The notes under the pieces are model-generated. The model saw only the letters and a list, made by a program, of their open reading frames with translations, was not told where the DNA came from and did not search any database. The translations under genes were made by a program, and so were the position numbers. A stretch of 63,562 nt of DNA, filler included, from Octopus bimaculoides (lineage: Eukaryota), in NCBI RefSeq assembly GCF_001194135.2. It is 4 parts of 3 records of this genome, joined end to end, with 100 filler letters (N's around TTAATTAATTAA, not from the genome) between each part and the next. Parts side by side here need not be neighbours in the genome. Positions count along the whole stretch, not along the records: positions 1 to 16,514 come from NC_068997.1; positions 16,615 to 45,854 come from NC_068988.1; 2 more parts are not named here. The stretch is one strand, 5' to 3'. Within the stretch, counting starts at the first letter, position 1; each line of letters begins with the position of its first letter. Shown here one piece after another: positions 11,741-24,678 of this stretch.

Positions 11741-12995
11741 GACATAAAATCTCCAGAATTTTTTTCCCATCAGGATTTTTTTTTTCTTTTTGGTTCCGGA
11801 AACATAAATTAAACAATAAATCCTAATGTTCTGGGTTTTCTTGTCTGCCAGAATCATAAATTAAACAGGAAATTTTTAGTTTCTTTCTCTCTGCCCAATG
11901 AAGGAGCCTCCATGAGGTCAATCAAATTGCAAAAAATAACAACCAAATATCCCTCAAAGTGTACATTGGATAAGGTAGTCCAAGATATACTCAATGAGGT
12001 GGTCATGGCTAAAATGCCTTTGATCATGGGTATTCTCAATCAGGGTTGACCTGAGACTAAACAACAACAAAACTTTACACAAAAGCCTCAGGACTTTTTT
12101 TTCTGGTTTTTTTTTTTTTTTTTTTTTTTTGCCAGAATCATAAGTTTAAACATAAAACTGGAGATTTTATTTTCAATCAAAAACATTAAATCTGAAATCT
12201 CCAGTCCCTTTCCCACCAGAAACAAAACTAAATAAAATAACACTTGAAACCCTCAGGGTATCTTTTCTACCAGAAATGCAAAGAAAGTGAGAAACCTCTT
12301 GGGTTTCTGTTTTTAACCGGAAATATTAAGTTAAACACAGAACTTTTGAAGCTTTCTAAGCTAAACATGAAAGCCTCAAGATTTTTTTTTTTTCTGCCAG
12401 AAATATCAGCTAAACGTGAAACTTTGTAAGGGAGGTGATATTTGATCTGAAACAAAATATATTTCAAAGCTTCAGGATTTCTTTTCTAACACAAATATAA
12501 GCTATTTTTTGGAGCTTTTTTTTTTTTATGTTCCACAGAACTTTGTATTCTTGTATCTCTCTCTCTCTGTCATGTCTGCTCTTTCCCTTTTCTCTATCTA
12601 TGTCTGTCTGTTTCCCACTCCATTGCTCTCTTTTCAATCTTCTTTGCTCAACTTACGTCCTTCTCTCCTCGTTTTTTAATTTTTTTCACGGTTATTTTGT
12701 AATCTTTTTTAATTCTCCCAACCACCTCTTTCTTGTCTATTTTCCCATTTGCTCTCTTTAGTGCCTGGAAATGTGATTATATATGTGTGCATATGTATTT
12801 CTTATACCTATGTACATATATGTTATGTATATGTAATATATATACATTATATATATAAAAATTATGTACATTTATATAATATAATATATATATATATAGA
12901 TAAGGGAATCATTTTATTCTCAAACACAGGATAATGCTAATAATATAACATGAACAGGATAACCTATCCATAGTTTGCAGAAAATTCTGTTGGCA

Positions 12996-13066
12996 GCCAG
13001 CCATGAGACTTGAACATACATCCTTCTGATTATGCATCAAGTGCTTTACCATTAGGCTAAACTGCC
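12996..13066 (-). pseudogene. tRNA-Thr-like pseudogene, cassette copy 1 (anticodon position reads CAT)
   Basis: A box TAGCCTAATGG, B box GTTCAAGTC, cloverleaf spacing, T4 downstream. Acceptor and anticodon stems carry mismatches. Confidence 0.6.
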
Positions 13067-13300
13067 CAGCAACAAATTCTTCTGCAATTTTAAGATATAT
13101 AAATCTAGCTTTATAAGACGCTATCGTACATTAAATTCAAGTTATGTTGAAAGTCAAGAAACAAAGTTTGCTTTAGAAGCAGTGAGATGTATTAAAAGAT
13201 ACAGATAAAGAAATAATTTCATTCTCAAATGCAGGATAATGCAAATAATATAGCTTGAAGAGGATAAATTATCCATATTTTGAAGAAAAATCTGTCGACG

Positions 13301-13371
13301 GCCAGCCATGAGACTTGAACACACATCCTTGTGATTATGCATCCAGTGCTTTACCATTAAGCTAAACTGCC
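13301..13371 (-). pseudogene. tRNA-Thr-like pseudogene, cassette copy 2 (CAT)
   Basis: A box TAGCTTAATGG, B box GTTCAAGTC, T5 about 10 nt downstream; 305 bp from copy 1. Confidence 0.6.
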
Positions 13372-13510
13372 CAGTGACAAATTCTTCTGCAATTTTAGGA
13401 TATATAAATCTACCTTTATAAGACTTTCAATGTAAGTTGAATTTAACGTACAATAGCGTCTTATAAAGCTAGATTCATAAACCCTAAAATTGCAGAAGAA
13501 TTTGTTGCCG

Positions 13511-13581
13511 GGCAGGTTAGCTTAATGGTAAAACACTTGACGTGTAATCACAGGGATGTGAGTTCAAGTCTCATGGCTGGC
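13511..13581 (+). pseudogene. tRNA-Thr-like pseudogene, cassette copy 3 (TGT)
   Basis: GGCAGGTTAGCTTAATGGTAAAACACTTGACGTGTAATCACAGGGATGTGAGTTCAAGTCTCATGGCTGGC; T-arm GTGAG/CTCAT; T5 terminator about 10 nt downstream. Confidence 0.6.
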
Positions 13582-14310
13582 CGCTGGCAAATTTTTCTAA
13601 AAAATATGTATAGCTTATCATGTTCATGTTATATTATTAGCATTATCCTACATTTGAGTATAAAATTATTTCCTTATCTCTATCTTTCAAAACATCTCAA
13701 AGCTTCTAAAAAGCAAACTTTATTGACTTTCAGCCTAAGTTGCATATATATATATATATATATATATAAAGTGAAGTATACCTACATATATATGTGTGCA
13801 TGTATATATATATAAAGATACACATATATATAATATCATGCATTCTTCCCTATCAAATGCAACCTTCTATGTATTCAATAAGTGACGTTGAAATGATGCT
13901 TTGTATTTTCCAACTTCACTTGCTTTCAACAGAATTATTATTTTTTTTATGGGTGGGTGGGGGGAAGATGTCACTGATATAATAATCATCATCATCATCA
14001 TCACTGCACCACAGAGCAGAGGACAGCTTTTACACGGGTGAAGTCCTCAGTTTTGGACTTTGGTTCTTGCTTGCTGACATTTCATTTCGCTCACATTGCT
14101 GATGCTATTGGGAAATAAACATATACACGTGTGTGTGTGTGTGTGTGTATTCACATATAAATACAATAAGATATTACAATATGTTGATATATTAAAATAT
14201 AACAAATACATCATCATATATTCACATATACATATATATATAAATATATATATATATGTGTATGTATATGTATGTATATATGTGTGTGTGTGTATGTATA
14301 TGTATGTGTG

Positions 14311-14347
<37 letters not shown>

Positions 14348-14466
14348 TTGTACATACATTCACACACACATTACATTCTTCCACTTTATTTTGAAATATT
14401 AATGTTGAATAATAATAAAAAAGATGTTTCTGTGCCTCATAAAATAAATTATCGTTTATTATTTTT

Positions 14467-14505
<39 letters not shown>

Positions 14506-14524
14506 GTCAGCAGCAACAAAAGCA

Positions 14525-14680
14525 GCAAGCTTGCAGGATTGTTAGCACTGCGTACAAAATACTTAGTGACATTTCATCCTTTCGGGGTCAATAAAATAAG
14601 TACCAGTTAAATACTGGAGTCAATGTTATCAACTTGTCCCCTTCCTTAAAATTGCTGGCCTTTCTCATAGTTTAAAATCA
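14525..14680 (+). mobile_element. SINE family B, internally deleted
   Basis: GCAAGCTTGCAG..TTTCATCCTTTCGGGGTCAATAAAATAAGTACCAGT..TTGCTGGCCTT. Confidence 0.7.
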
Positions 14681-14700
14681 TTCTTCTTCTTCTTCTTCTT

Positions 14701-14796
<96 letters not shown>
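14681..14796. repeat. Compound perfect microsatellite (TTC)n(ATT)n
   Basis: Directly visible; switch point at about 14731. Confidence 0.95.
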
Positions 14797-15240
14797 GAGA
14801 GAGCCGTGCATGCCATGAAGGTGACACTGGAGTTCAAATATATGAAGCCCAGTATACCCACCATGACTACCCATCTGATAAGGTTTCACCAGGCACCTGC
14901 ATCACAACCATATGTGCACGACATGGTGATCTGATATCAAGGTAAACAGCGCATAACCTTGCAGGTGGGGCCCAGTTAGAATTTTCTTCAGTTTGAGTAG
15001 CCCATCCCACTCAAAAGGTCCCTGAATAAGGATTGTTTAAGGATAATGAACAAAACGCCCATGTTTCCAGAGGTGAATTATTCAAACCCCAAAGAATTCC
15101 TCTCAACATATGACTATGATGCACCTCCACTACTTCTGCTCATGATCAGAGATGCACATATCGTCAGTCACCAAGGCACATGCTCAACTGGTTAAAGTCA
15201 AACAACTGACAAAGCAAATCTGTGGTATTGAGTAGAATAT
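14797..15240. mobile_element. Probable interspersed repeat flanked by (ATT)n runs (unclassified)
   Basis: Higher-GC, complex sequence bounded on both sides by (ATT)n arrays; no second copy in the window. Confidence 0.35.
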
Positions 15241-16349
15241 TTTCCCATCTTTTATACCATTATTATTATTATTATTATTATTNNNNNNNNNNNNNNNNNN
15301 NNNNNNNNNNNNNNNNNNNNNNNNNNNNNNNNNNNNNNNNNNNNNNNNNNNNNNNNNNNNNNNNNNNNNNNNNNNNNNNNNNNNNNNNNNNNNNNNNNNN
15401 NNNNNNNNNNNNNNNNNNNNNNNNNNNNNNNNNNNNNNNNNNNNNNNNNNNNNNNNNNNNNNNNNNNNNNNNNNNNNNNNNNNNNNNNNNNNNNNNNNNN
15501 NNNNNNNNNNNNNNNNNNNNNNNNNNNNNNNNNNNNNNNNNNNNNNNNNNNNNNNNNNNNNNNNNNNNNNNNNNNNNNNNNNNNNNNNNNNNNNNNNNNN
15601 NNNNNNNNNNNNNNNNNNNNNNNNNNNGGTGGTGGTGGTGGTGATGTTAATGGTGATTCCAGAAATTATTTCAAAGATTTGTTCCACATCTCAACAAACA
15701 ATGAATTTTTCTGTGTGCAAATCTTTGAGAAATGTAATATGTGATAATATAGAATGGTAAGTTGTAATATTAAGTTTAGGAGCTAAATAATATTTAATCA
15801 TAAGAGTTTGTATAAAAGTAACTTTTTTTATAAATTTATATTTTTTTTTGTCACCCCCAAATGCTTTATCTTCTTTAGAATGGTGACGCCAAAGTGTTGG
15901 ATATATGGATTGGTTCAGAAGTATTGCTGTCTCTTTTTTTTTTTATTTCCATTTATTACAAAGAGATTTTCTAACAAGGTCTAAGAGTTTCCCTTATTAA
16001 AAGGAAAAACCCCCAAAATACTAAAAATCCATTCTTTTGAACTTCCCTGTGTATGTATGTGTTGTACACACAATCACACAAACATGTATATATACATACA
16101 TAGATGCATACATACAAACACACACACATATATATATATATGCATGCACATACATATATGTGCATATGTATATATGTGTATGTGTATATAAATATGTGCA
16201 CATATGTATGTGTGTGTATATATATATATATATACATTGTACACAGTCATACAAACATGTATATATACATAGATAGATGCATACATACAAATACACATAT
16301 ATATGCATACACATACATATATATGTGTATGTATGTATAAATATGTGCA

Positions 16350-16406
<57 letters not shown>

Positions 16407-16689
16407 ACATACGTGTGTATGTGTATAAATAAATCGATAAATAGGGTAAGATAAATGTATAGCCTTCCCCCACCCCCACCCCATAGAGAGTCAAAGGTGA
16501 ACAGGTTTCATGAGNNNNNNNNNNNNNNNNNNNNNNNNNNNNNNNNNNNNNNNNNNNNTTAATTAATTAANNNNNNNNNNNNNNNNNNNNNNNNNNNNNN
16601 NNNNNNNNNNNNNNATATATATATATATATATATATACATATATATACACACACACAAATATATATATACATCAAGAGAACGTCCCCCC

Positions 16690-17430
16690 CCACAACATAT
16701 GTTTTATCTGGCACTGAGGCTAGACTACCCCTCTAGCCAGGGCCTATGTTTAATCCAGCTCTTAGGCTAAACTTCGGCCCAACTTACCATGGCCTACATT
16801 TACTCCGGCACTTAGTCTATACTGATCCCCACCACACCCTACATTTAATCCGGCTAGACTGCCCGCCTGCACAGCGTCAATTAATCCAGCACTTAGGCTA
16901 ATGTGCCCCTCACCATAACCTCTACGTTTTATCAGGCATTTTAGGATGAAATCCTCCCTCCCTTTCCCCCATCCTCCCCTTCCTCGACTTCCTGGAAAAT
17001 TCCAAGGAGGGGACCTGGAATGGAGGGAGTACTTCCTGGAAAGGTCCAAGGGGGACTTCCTGGAAAAGTTCAAGGAGGGGGAGCTGAAGAGGAGGAAATG
17101 GGGGAAGTGCTTCATGGAAAAGTCCGAGGAGGGAGTCTTCCTGGAGGTTGACTGTCATCTAATACTCCCCTTGTTGCCAGTGAAATGGTATGTGCTGGCT
17201 GTCTGAGCAACTCGTTGCTTTTAATGGTGGAAGAAACAAGACAAAAAGATTACAAAAATAGTGATTCCTACTTTGAAACTGACAATTTTGAAAATCTTTT
17301 TAGATTACAGAATGCCCCACTCTCCCCTTTAAATTTAAAATTTCAACATGATCGGATGAACAAAACTCGAGTTATAAGTGCACAAACAGACAGACAGGCA
17401 GAACGAAATTTATATATTAGTTATAATAGA
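16690..17430. mobile_element. Element with two internal tandem arrays, possibly Helentron/HINE-like
   Basis: ~25-bp repeat/spacer array (16698-16948), CTTCCTGGAAAAGTCCAAGGAGGGG array (16990-17155), and 3' ACAGACAGACAG..ATTTATATATTAG typical of DINE-like ends. Confidence 0.35.
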
Positions 17431-18607
17431 CACATATATATGCACACACATATATATATCTGTGTAAACACTTGAATGTGTTTGTATGCGTATATTAAAT
17501 CTAAGGCAAATCAAAAACATGATGATAGGAGATCAGTTTTGAGACTTTACCAATTTCCTAATCTGCCATCAATTTCATTGAATGTTCTATTTGTCACAGA
17601 AGCAAGTTCTGTTGCGTTCCAATCACATGACTAGTTGCCATAGTAACTATGAGAATTAAAATTGACACACATCAGTTCTTTCTATTTTTCTTTTTCATTT
17701 GTTAGCGTGTTTGTGTGTGTATCTGTGTTTGTACATGTGTGTGTGTGTGTGTGTGTCTGTGTGTCTGTGTGTATTTTATTTTGAAAATACTTTCTGGGAA
17801 TTTCCTTAATTATTTTATATTTTTTTCTCCTCACAATTTTTATGTAGAATGTTTATTTTCATGATATTGATACATTTTTCCTTTTCTTTTTTTCCAATTT
17901 TCATTTTATTATTATTTTTTTTTATCATTTGATTATTTATTCATATTTATTTATAGAGATTGTTTACTTCTTTTAAATTTACATATATTTAAAATTTATT
18001 ATTTTTGTTTTTGCTATCAAATTAAAAAAGAAAATACAGTTAAACGAGTCAGCTGGGAGATGTAAGCATGTTGAGTGAAAATGTTTTCTTGCACAGCAAC
18101 ATTCAAAATAAATTTATTTTCAGGCATTAAAAACCATTTTAAAACATAATTTAACCTTAAATTCTCGATTTTATCATGCTTTATTTTCCTTTTATATTTT
18201 CACTTTTCTTTGCGTGAAGTGGGTAGGAGGGTAGAATTTTGTTATTCTTTTATTTCTTTTGGGTATTTTTTAACCATTAGTAAAGAATACTCTATAATTG
18301 GTCCATGCTTTCAGTGTTGTATTGCAGAATCGTTTGTAATTCTATGATTCAGCACTAAATAGATGAAGGTGTTGAAGAATAGACATCAAAGTTCATGACT
18401 TCAAATCTTGTTAAATATCATCTTAAGTCACGGCATAGTGAACAGTTACCAAGTGGCCTCATATATCTAGGGGCTTGTTATAGTCATGTGCGTAGGACTT
18501 CCAATACTTTACTTTGCCTGGGGAAACCTATAATGCAGTTAAGATGTCTCTGCTCCAGCAATGAAGCCAGAGCAAACTCAAACCAATTTTGGTAATAAGA
18601 ATCATGC

Positions 18608-18832
18608 TTCAACCCCTTTGATTCCAATCTGCCTGAGGCCACCCTTGGTTCTGTGATATAAACTTCCTGTTTCAATATGATCTAAATTAAAATCTCATTA
18701 AAATTTCATGTTAATTTATGTTCCAAACACCAGCATTATAATGGCATGAATATTTTGCTACATTCGTTATTTCCAAGTTTAAATGAAATAATGAGGTGCA
18801 TTTCAACAGATATATGATAACAAAAAGGTTAA
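18608..18832. mobile_element. piggyBac-like MITE
   Basis: TCAACCCCTTTG...CAAAAAGGTTAA termini (degenerate TTAACCCTTT/AAAGGGTTAA). Confidence 0.4.
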
Positions 18833-20186
18833 AGACTGTACACTCCTTAACGTTGTCTAGTTCTAGATTCTTGAATAAACACTGGCTGTTTCTGCTTCAT
18901 ATTGAAGGTATTGATATGAGGAAGTGAGCTTGAAGCTATAAAAATTACCTGATCTAGAGTAATTAAAACTGTTTTGAAATTTGCACAGCTATCAAACCCA
19001 TGGAAATAGAAGTATAACCAGATGTAAAAAAAAATAATAGTAATAACAATATAAATAACAACAGAAATATTATATGATAAACATATTTCGAAAGTAATCA
19101 GAATGAAAAATAAATCTGACATATTTCAGTAGATGATTTTATAAGTATTTGCATCACTTTTCAATTTACTGATGACTTAACTGCAGAAAACTGTCAGCTT
19201 AAAATAGTTTCTGGTGCCAGTACCAATTTGGGCAATGAATTATGTATGTAATCATCAAACAGATTTTATCTTGTATGTCTCTATCTCTGCCAGTAGTTGG
19301 CATTTTGGTTAGAAATTCCAAGATATTCATTATGAATTCATATGTATCCACCCTTCAAAGCAAAGAAGCAAATAAAAATAAAATGAATAGAATAAAATAA
19401 ATATGTCTTCCCGATGAACACGATTTTCTTTTTTTAAATCATCAGAAACAGCAACAGTGGAGAACCATGCGCCATTTTGAAGCGTCATCTGTAGGTTTGA
19501 TAGTAACATCGTAGCAGTCTCTTTTGTCATGTGTTTATTCTAAGGTCACTGCTGGTGAATATTATTTGTTCAAGAGACGTCCCATTGATTCACCAATTCT
19601 TACTAGCTCTTCTCTTGTATTTATACAAGCATTCTGAAGCAATCTCTCAGAATATCAGTCAGTCTTTTTACCAAGAAGTTAATTTTACAATCAGCTTGAT
19701 GTTCAGCTGCAAAACCTGAAATTCTGCTACTAGCTGATGTTATTTGATACTAAGAAACTTATAAAGACAAATTTTTATTTCCAGCTTCTGCTTTCTTCTG
19801 AAAATTGTAATATTCAGTTTGGTTTGGTTTGGAATACTTCCTATTGCAAAAACCATTCCAATGAGAATTATTTGTCAGGGTGCTTGGGGCCATGTTTGAT
19901 TTTTAGAAGTTTTATTCATAAATATCTTGCTTTGTGATTCTTGGTTTGTTTTCCATTGTAAATTTGTGTTCAAGAATTCATCACACTCAGCTTCTTTGTC
20001 TTCAGGTGTCTGGACAGCAATAGTTTTGAATACTGACTGCTCATTCCAATCTGTTTTATAGAGATGATAAAGAAATTAAATGAAGTAGAATCATCTCATT
20101 TTTCTGCATTTTAAAGAATGTTTTCAGAAAACATACAAAGACACACACAGATACAACACACACAGATACAACACACACACACACAC

Positions 20187-20259
<73 letters not shown>

Positions 20260-21314
20260 ATATATGTGTGTGTACATGTGCGTGTGTGTGTGTGTGTGTG
20301 TGTATGGAACAAATTTTCTACTACCTGACTATATATCTTCTAAAACATTAAAACATCAATTTTTCCACACTTATTCAGGTTGCAATGTTATAATCCTTCT
20401 CACTAATTCTCTTGTCACCACTTCAATAAAGTAGGGGGGACATGTATGCTTTGCTGAAAAGATCCAATTTGACTGAAACATGCCTAGAGTTATTTCCTAT
20501 GCTTCCTGAAATGATTACAGTACTATGAATGCCTGGGTTAATGTTTTCTTGTTTTCACTGCATAAGTATTTCAAATTAGGTATTTTTATGCTATATTAAA
20601 TATGTTCACTGGTACTTAGTTATATATCTTCTTGCCTTGCATCTTTTATTCTATTCAGATGCCACCAATTGGTGGCTTCTCCTTAATTTGTGATGCTTCC
20701 CAAACTCTGCTACTCATCAACATATTTTAAGTATTCATTCTCAAGCTGTTCACATGCACACATCCTTGCCGCTCTACTCTCTCTCTCTCTCTCTCTCTTT
20801 ACTTCTTTCTTCTCTTCCTCCTTATTTATTTCACTCTCCCTCTTGTTCTCTCTCTCTCTCTTCATCTTCTCCCTCTCTATCCTACTCTCCATTTTTGTAT
20901 CCATTCTTATTTCCCATCCATTTTCTTTTATTCAGTCATATATATCACATCAGCAATATGACAGTGCCTCTTGTACTTACTTAAACCTTTGACTTCCTAT
21001 GGAACACAAACCATTGATAATTTTCTTCCACTAATCTTGAGTTGGTGGGGGTGGGGTTGTTTCCTCCTCCAGGTTTTATTGGTACTGAATTGTCATCAAA
21101 GTTTCTGTAACTTAGCTTTTTTCTAGATAGGAGTGTTGGCCCTACACAAACCCATTTTTACCTCTGGGAAGAGGCAGTTCATATTAGGCTGGCCTCTACT
21201 ATTTGACCCTTCCAGCATGGGAGCCCCTACTCTGTTGGCATAGCTCTCAGGGTCATTGAGTTACATAAGCCACTACACTGAAACAAGGACTAGACCTTGT
21301 GGTCCTCGGTATCT

Positions 21315-21630
21315 AACAAGTGCACCAGTAAACTGGCATTCCATCAGTTATGATGACAAGGGTTCCAGTTGATCCATTTACCAGAACAGCTTGCTCATAA
21401 AATTAATGTGCACATCTACCCTTAACATAGCTCTCAGGGAGGTTCAGCATGACACAGTTTGACAAGGTTGGTCCTTTGAAATACAGGTACTTCTCATTTT
21501 TGCCAGCTGAGTGGACAGGAGCAATGTGAAATAAAGTGTCTTGCTCAAGGACACAACACACCACCAGGAATCGAACTCATGACCTTAAGATCATGAACCA
21601 AATACCCTAACCACTAAACCATGCACCTTC
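21315..21630 (-). mobile_element. tRNA-derived SINE family E; second copy on + at 38485-38780
   Basis: B box GAGTTCGATTCC, GTGTCCTTGAGCAAGACACTTTATTTCACATTG core; homologous to 38485-38780. Confidence 0.75.
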
Positions 21631-23249
21631 CCTAAGATCACCAGCAATTTCATGTGAACCTGCATCTTTGTTATTTTTTTAATTAATCCAAACTTCATCC
21701 AATGTAATTTTGTCAATATTTATGTCAAGATCATTTATATAGTCACATGTAAAAGCTCATCAGGTTCAGGTTGATTTAGCACTTCTTTAAAATGTTCCAT
21801 ACATCTTTTATTCTTGTCCTCTTCTCTTTTTAGACAGCCACCCTTCCATTGCTGCTTCTATGTCCTGTCAGTCACTTGATTACTGTAAATGATTTTTGAA
21901 TCATGTCTCATATCAGCACTTCCTCTTATTTTTGTCTGGCCTTCAACCCACTTTTATTGTTGCAGTAATGTTTTTGTCCAGTGCTTTACACTGCTCTTTA
22001 GTGTCTTGTAGCATCACAGCTGTCTATTCTCATCACTTATCCATAACATCTCATGTCTCTGTTGATATATCTACTACACATTACATCTTCCTGTCTGTCT
22101 TCCAATTTGATTTCTAGCTGTCTGACATGTAATGTCTTTGAATTTAACTCTACCACTGATCTATATCTGTTTCTGTATTTAATGCGACATATTGATTCGT
22201 GAGGTCAAGCTGATACACTTCTCTCATATCACTTTCATTAAGTTTGCTAAAATCAAAAGTATTTTTTGTTTTCAGATTAAAAAAGAAAATTGAAGTTTTA
22301 CCTCAATAACTGCCTTTACCGTTTACTATTCCAAACTAATGTTTGCTCTTTTGAATACATGCAAGTCTAGAGCAATTTTTTTTATCATTGCTCAAATGAA
22401 ATCTTATTTGCATAGATGTCCAGGTTTTTGTATGTATCAACTCATGATTAATGTTTTAGTTCAGCAGAGATCATACTTTACATAAAATTAGTAGAATCCT
22501 GATCCAGTGTCTCAGTATCTCTCAACTTAACCATTGAGAATGAGCTTTGATAGCCTCTCCTCTATCTCTCTCTTCTAAGAGGTCATTAAATCATCTTTAA
22601 AATTTACAATGTCATCATCATCATTATTTAACTTACGTTTTCCATGCTGGTGTGGGTTGGATGGTTTGACTGGAGCTGCAAAGCCGGATGTACAGGTATT
22701 TTCCTTGAAAATGATGAAGGCTGCAATTGGTTGGGGTGCATCTTGGCACGCAATAGAGCAAGAGATAAATTGCGCCAATGCCAACCAATCAGAGTGGTGG
22801 ACACAACAGGGTCCAAAGGTGCAGTAGAAGGCTAGCTGTCATCTACTATGTCTGTATTCATGTATATATAACAGAGAGAGAGAGAGAAGTTTCCCTTAAG
22901 GAGTACGCTACAGATAGCCCCCCCCACCACCACCACCACGGTTTTCAGTAATGATCTGTAAAACAAACTTTATGGTTGATGAGGATTGCCTTGCAGTTGT
23001 TCAATTGAGCTAAAATTTTGAATAGATTGTTTTATTGTTAATTGGAACAAGATAGTGGGGGTGGGAGCTAAAATTTTAGAAAGTTGAAAAATAAGGGCTA
23101 CTCTAATGTACACACATATGCATGTATAAACACACATATATTATATGCATACATGTATGTGACATGTGTATGTAGCATATGGTACATTTATTAATAGTTC
23201 AAGTCTGTCAGTGCAACATTGTGTGATTGTACATTTGTTTAATTTGACT

Positions 23250-23283
<34 letters not shown>

Positions 23284-23547
23284 GTGTGTGTGTGTAATCA
23301 AGTATATGTGTGTAAGGTAGAGGAAGAGAAAATGAACCAAAAAAAGAAAAAGAAAGACTGGGGCATTTTACTATTAACACTGATAATATATACATTTAGT
23401 TGCATACAAACCTATATATTTAAACACACACATACACACACACATATCTATATCTATGCCTGTATATATACACACACACACACACACTCACACTTACTCT
23501 CATATTCTTTTTCACTTTTCAACATGCACATGTGCATAGATCCAAGT

Positions 23548-23585
<38 letters not shown>

Positions 23586-23921
23586 GCACATACACACATT
23601 TGATTACAACTTCTAATCCCTAGACATAATTGTATCCGAACAAAGCCATTTTAAATGATTTTGTTGCTCTTTTTTTTCCATAGACACTATGGGGTAGAAC
23701 TAATATCAATTGTCAGTAGCATCCATCCATTATAGCTCTTATGACACTTTTTAGGGGCTCTGAGGCTTAGATGGATGGGTGGAATTATCCTCTGACTGGA
23801 AACCTAGCAAAAACATATGTTACAGCATAACTGAGTGGACTCTGCTAAAAAAAAAAACGGGAAAAAAAATGTTCAAGGCCTCATTAGTGCTGCGAAGTCA
23901 CTCAAAACGAGGCACAGTATC

Positions 23922-24135
23922 ATCATCATCATCATCGTTTAACGTCCGCTTTCCATGCTAGCATGGGTTGGACAATTTGACTGAGGACTGGTGAAACCAG
24001 ATGGCTACACCAGGCTCCAATCTGATTTGGCAGAGTTTCTACAGCTGGATGCCCTTCCTAATGCCAACCACTCCAAGAGTGTAGTGGATGCTTTTATGTG
24101 CCACCGGCACGAAGGCCAGTCAGGCGGTCAGCTCT
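23922..24135 (+). mobile_element. SINE family C, young copy
   Basis: (CAT)n CGTTTAACGTCCGCTTTCCATGCTAGCATGGGTTGGAC...; near identical to 24482-24680 (inverted) and 41210-41375. Confidence 0.9.
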
Positions 24136-24481
24136 CACATAAAGTTTCCATTCCTGTAAATTTCACTCAAGGATTTTGTAGAAAAGAGATTAAGGCAGGA
24201 GATACTAATCCAATAAGTCATATACTAAGAACCAGGGGCACATATTCCAGGTGTGTTAGGTGTGTTTGCCATCAAAAATGGCAAATTCTTTATAAATACT
24301 AACCTTACTCATTAATCTAATCCCAAATCTTAATGGAAAACCTTTGTTATACCACTGCTTGAAATTCAGTGGCATTGGGTGTGGCAGCACACCCAATACA
24401 ACAACCACTACATACCACTGGTAAGAACAAATCTAAAACTAGATATCTACAAGGTAAACTTTTTAACCACACGATCGTTTC

Positions 24482-24647
24482 AGTGGCATGTAAAAGCACC
24501 CACTACACTCTCGGAGTGGTTGGCGTTAGGAAGGGCATCCAGCTGTAGAAACTCTGCCAAATCAGATTGGAGCCTGGTGTAGCCATCTGCTTCACCAGTC
24601 CTCAGTCAAATCGTCCAATCCATGCTAGCATGGAAAGCGGACGTTAA

Positions 24648-24678
<31 letters not shown>

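Noticed and set aside
12996-13581. Calling the cassettes functional tRNA-Met/Thr genes
   Set aside because: Position 33 is G rather than U, the acceptor and anticodon stems are mismatched, and the anticodons differ by CpG decay.
16559-16570. TTAATTAATTAA islands between N runs (also 45899-45910 and 54555-54566)
   Set aside because: An identical 12-mer with stops in all frames, centred in fixed-length N blocks, is a scaffolding linker artefact rather than biological sequence.
16698-16948. Calling the repeat/spacer array a CRISPR
   Set aside because: Eukaryotic context, degenerate repeats of unequal length, no leader and no cas genes. Kept only as an unexplained array.
18950-18990. Possible - strand micro-exon (CANFKTVLITLDQ, donor CAG|GTAATT)
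   Set aside because: No partner exons or recognisable homology; consistent with chance in AT-rich DNA.
19470-19479. CGCCATTTTG (YY1-like / aaaATGGCG on - strand) as a promoter or start codon
   Set aside because: A single motif; the ORF stops after 13 codons and no supporting exons were found.
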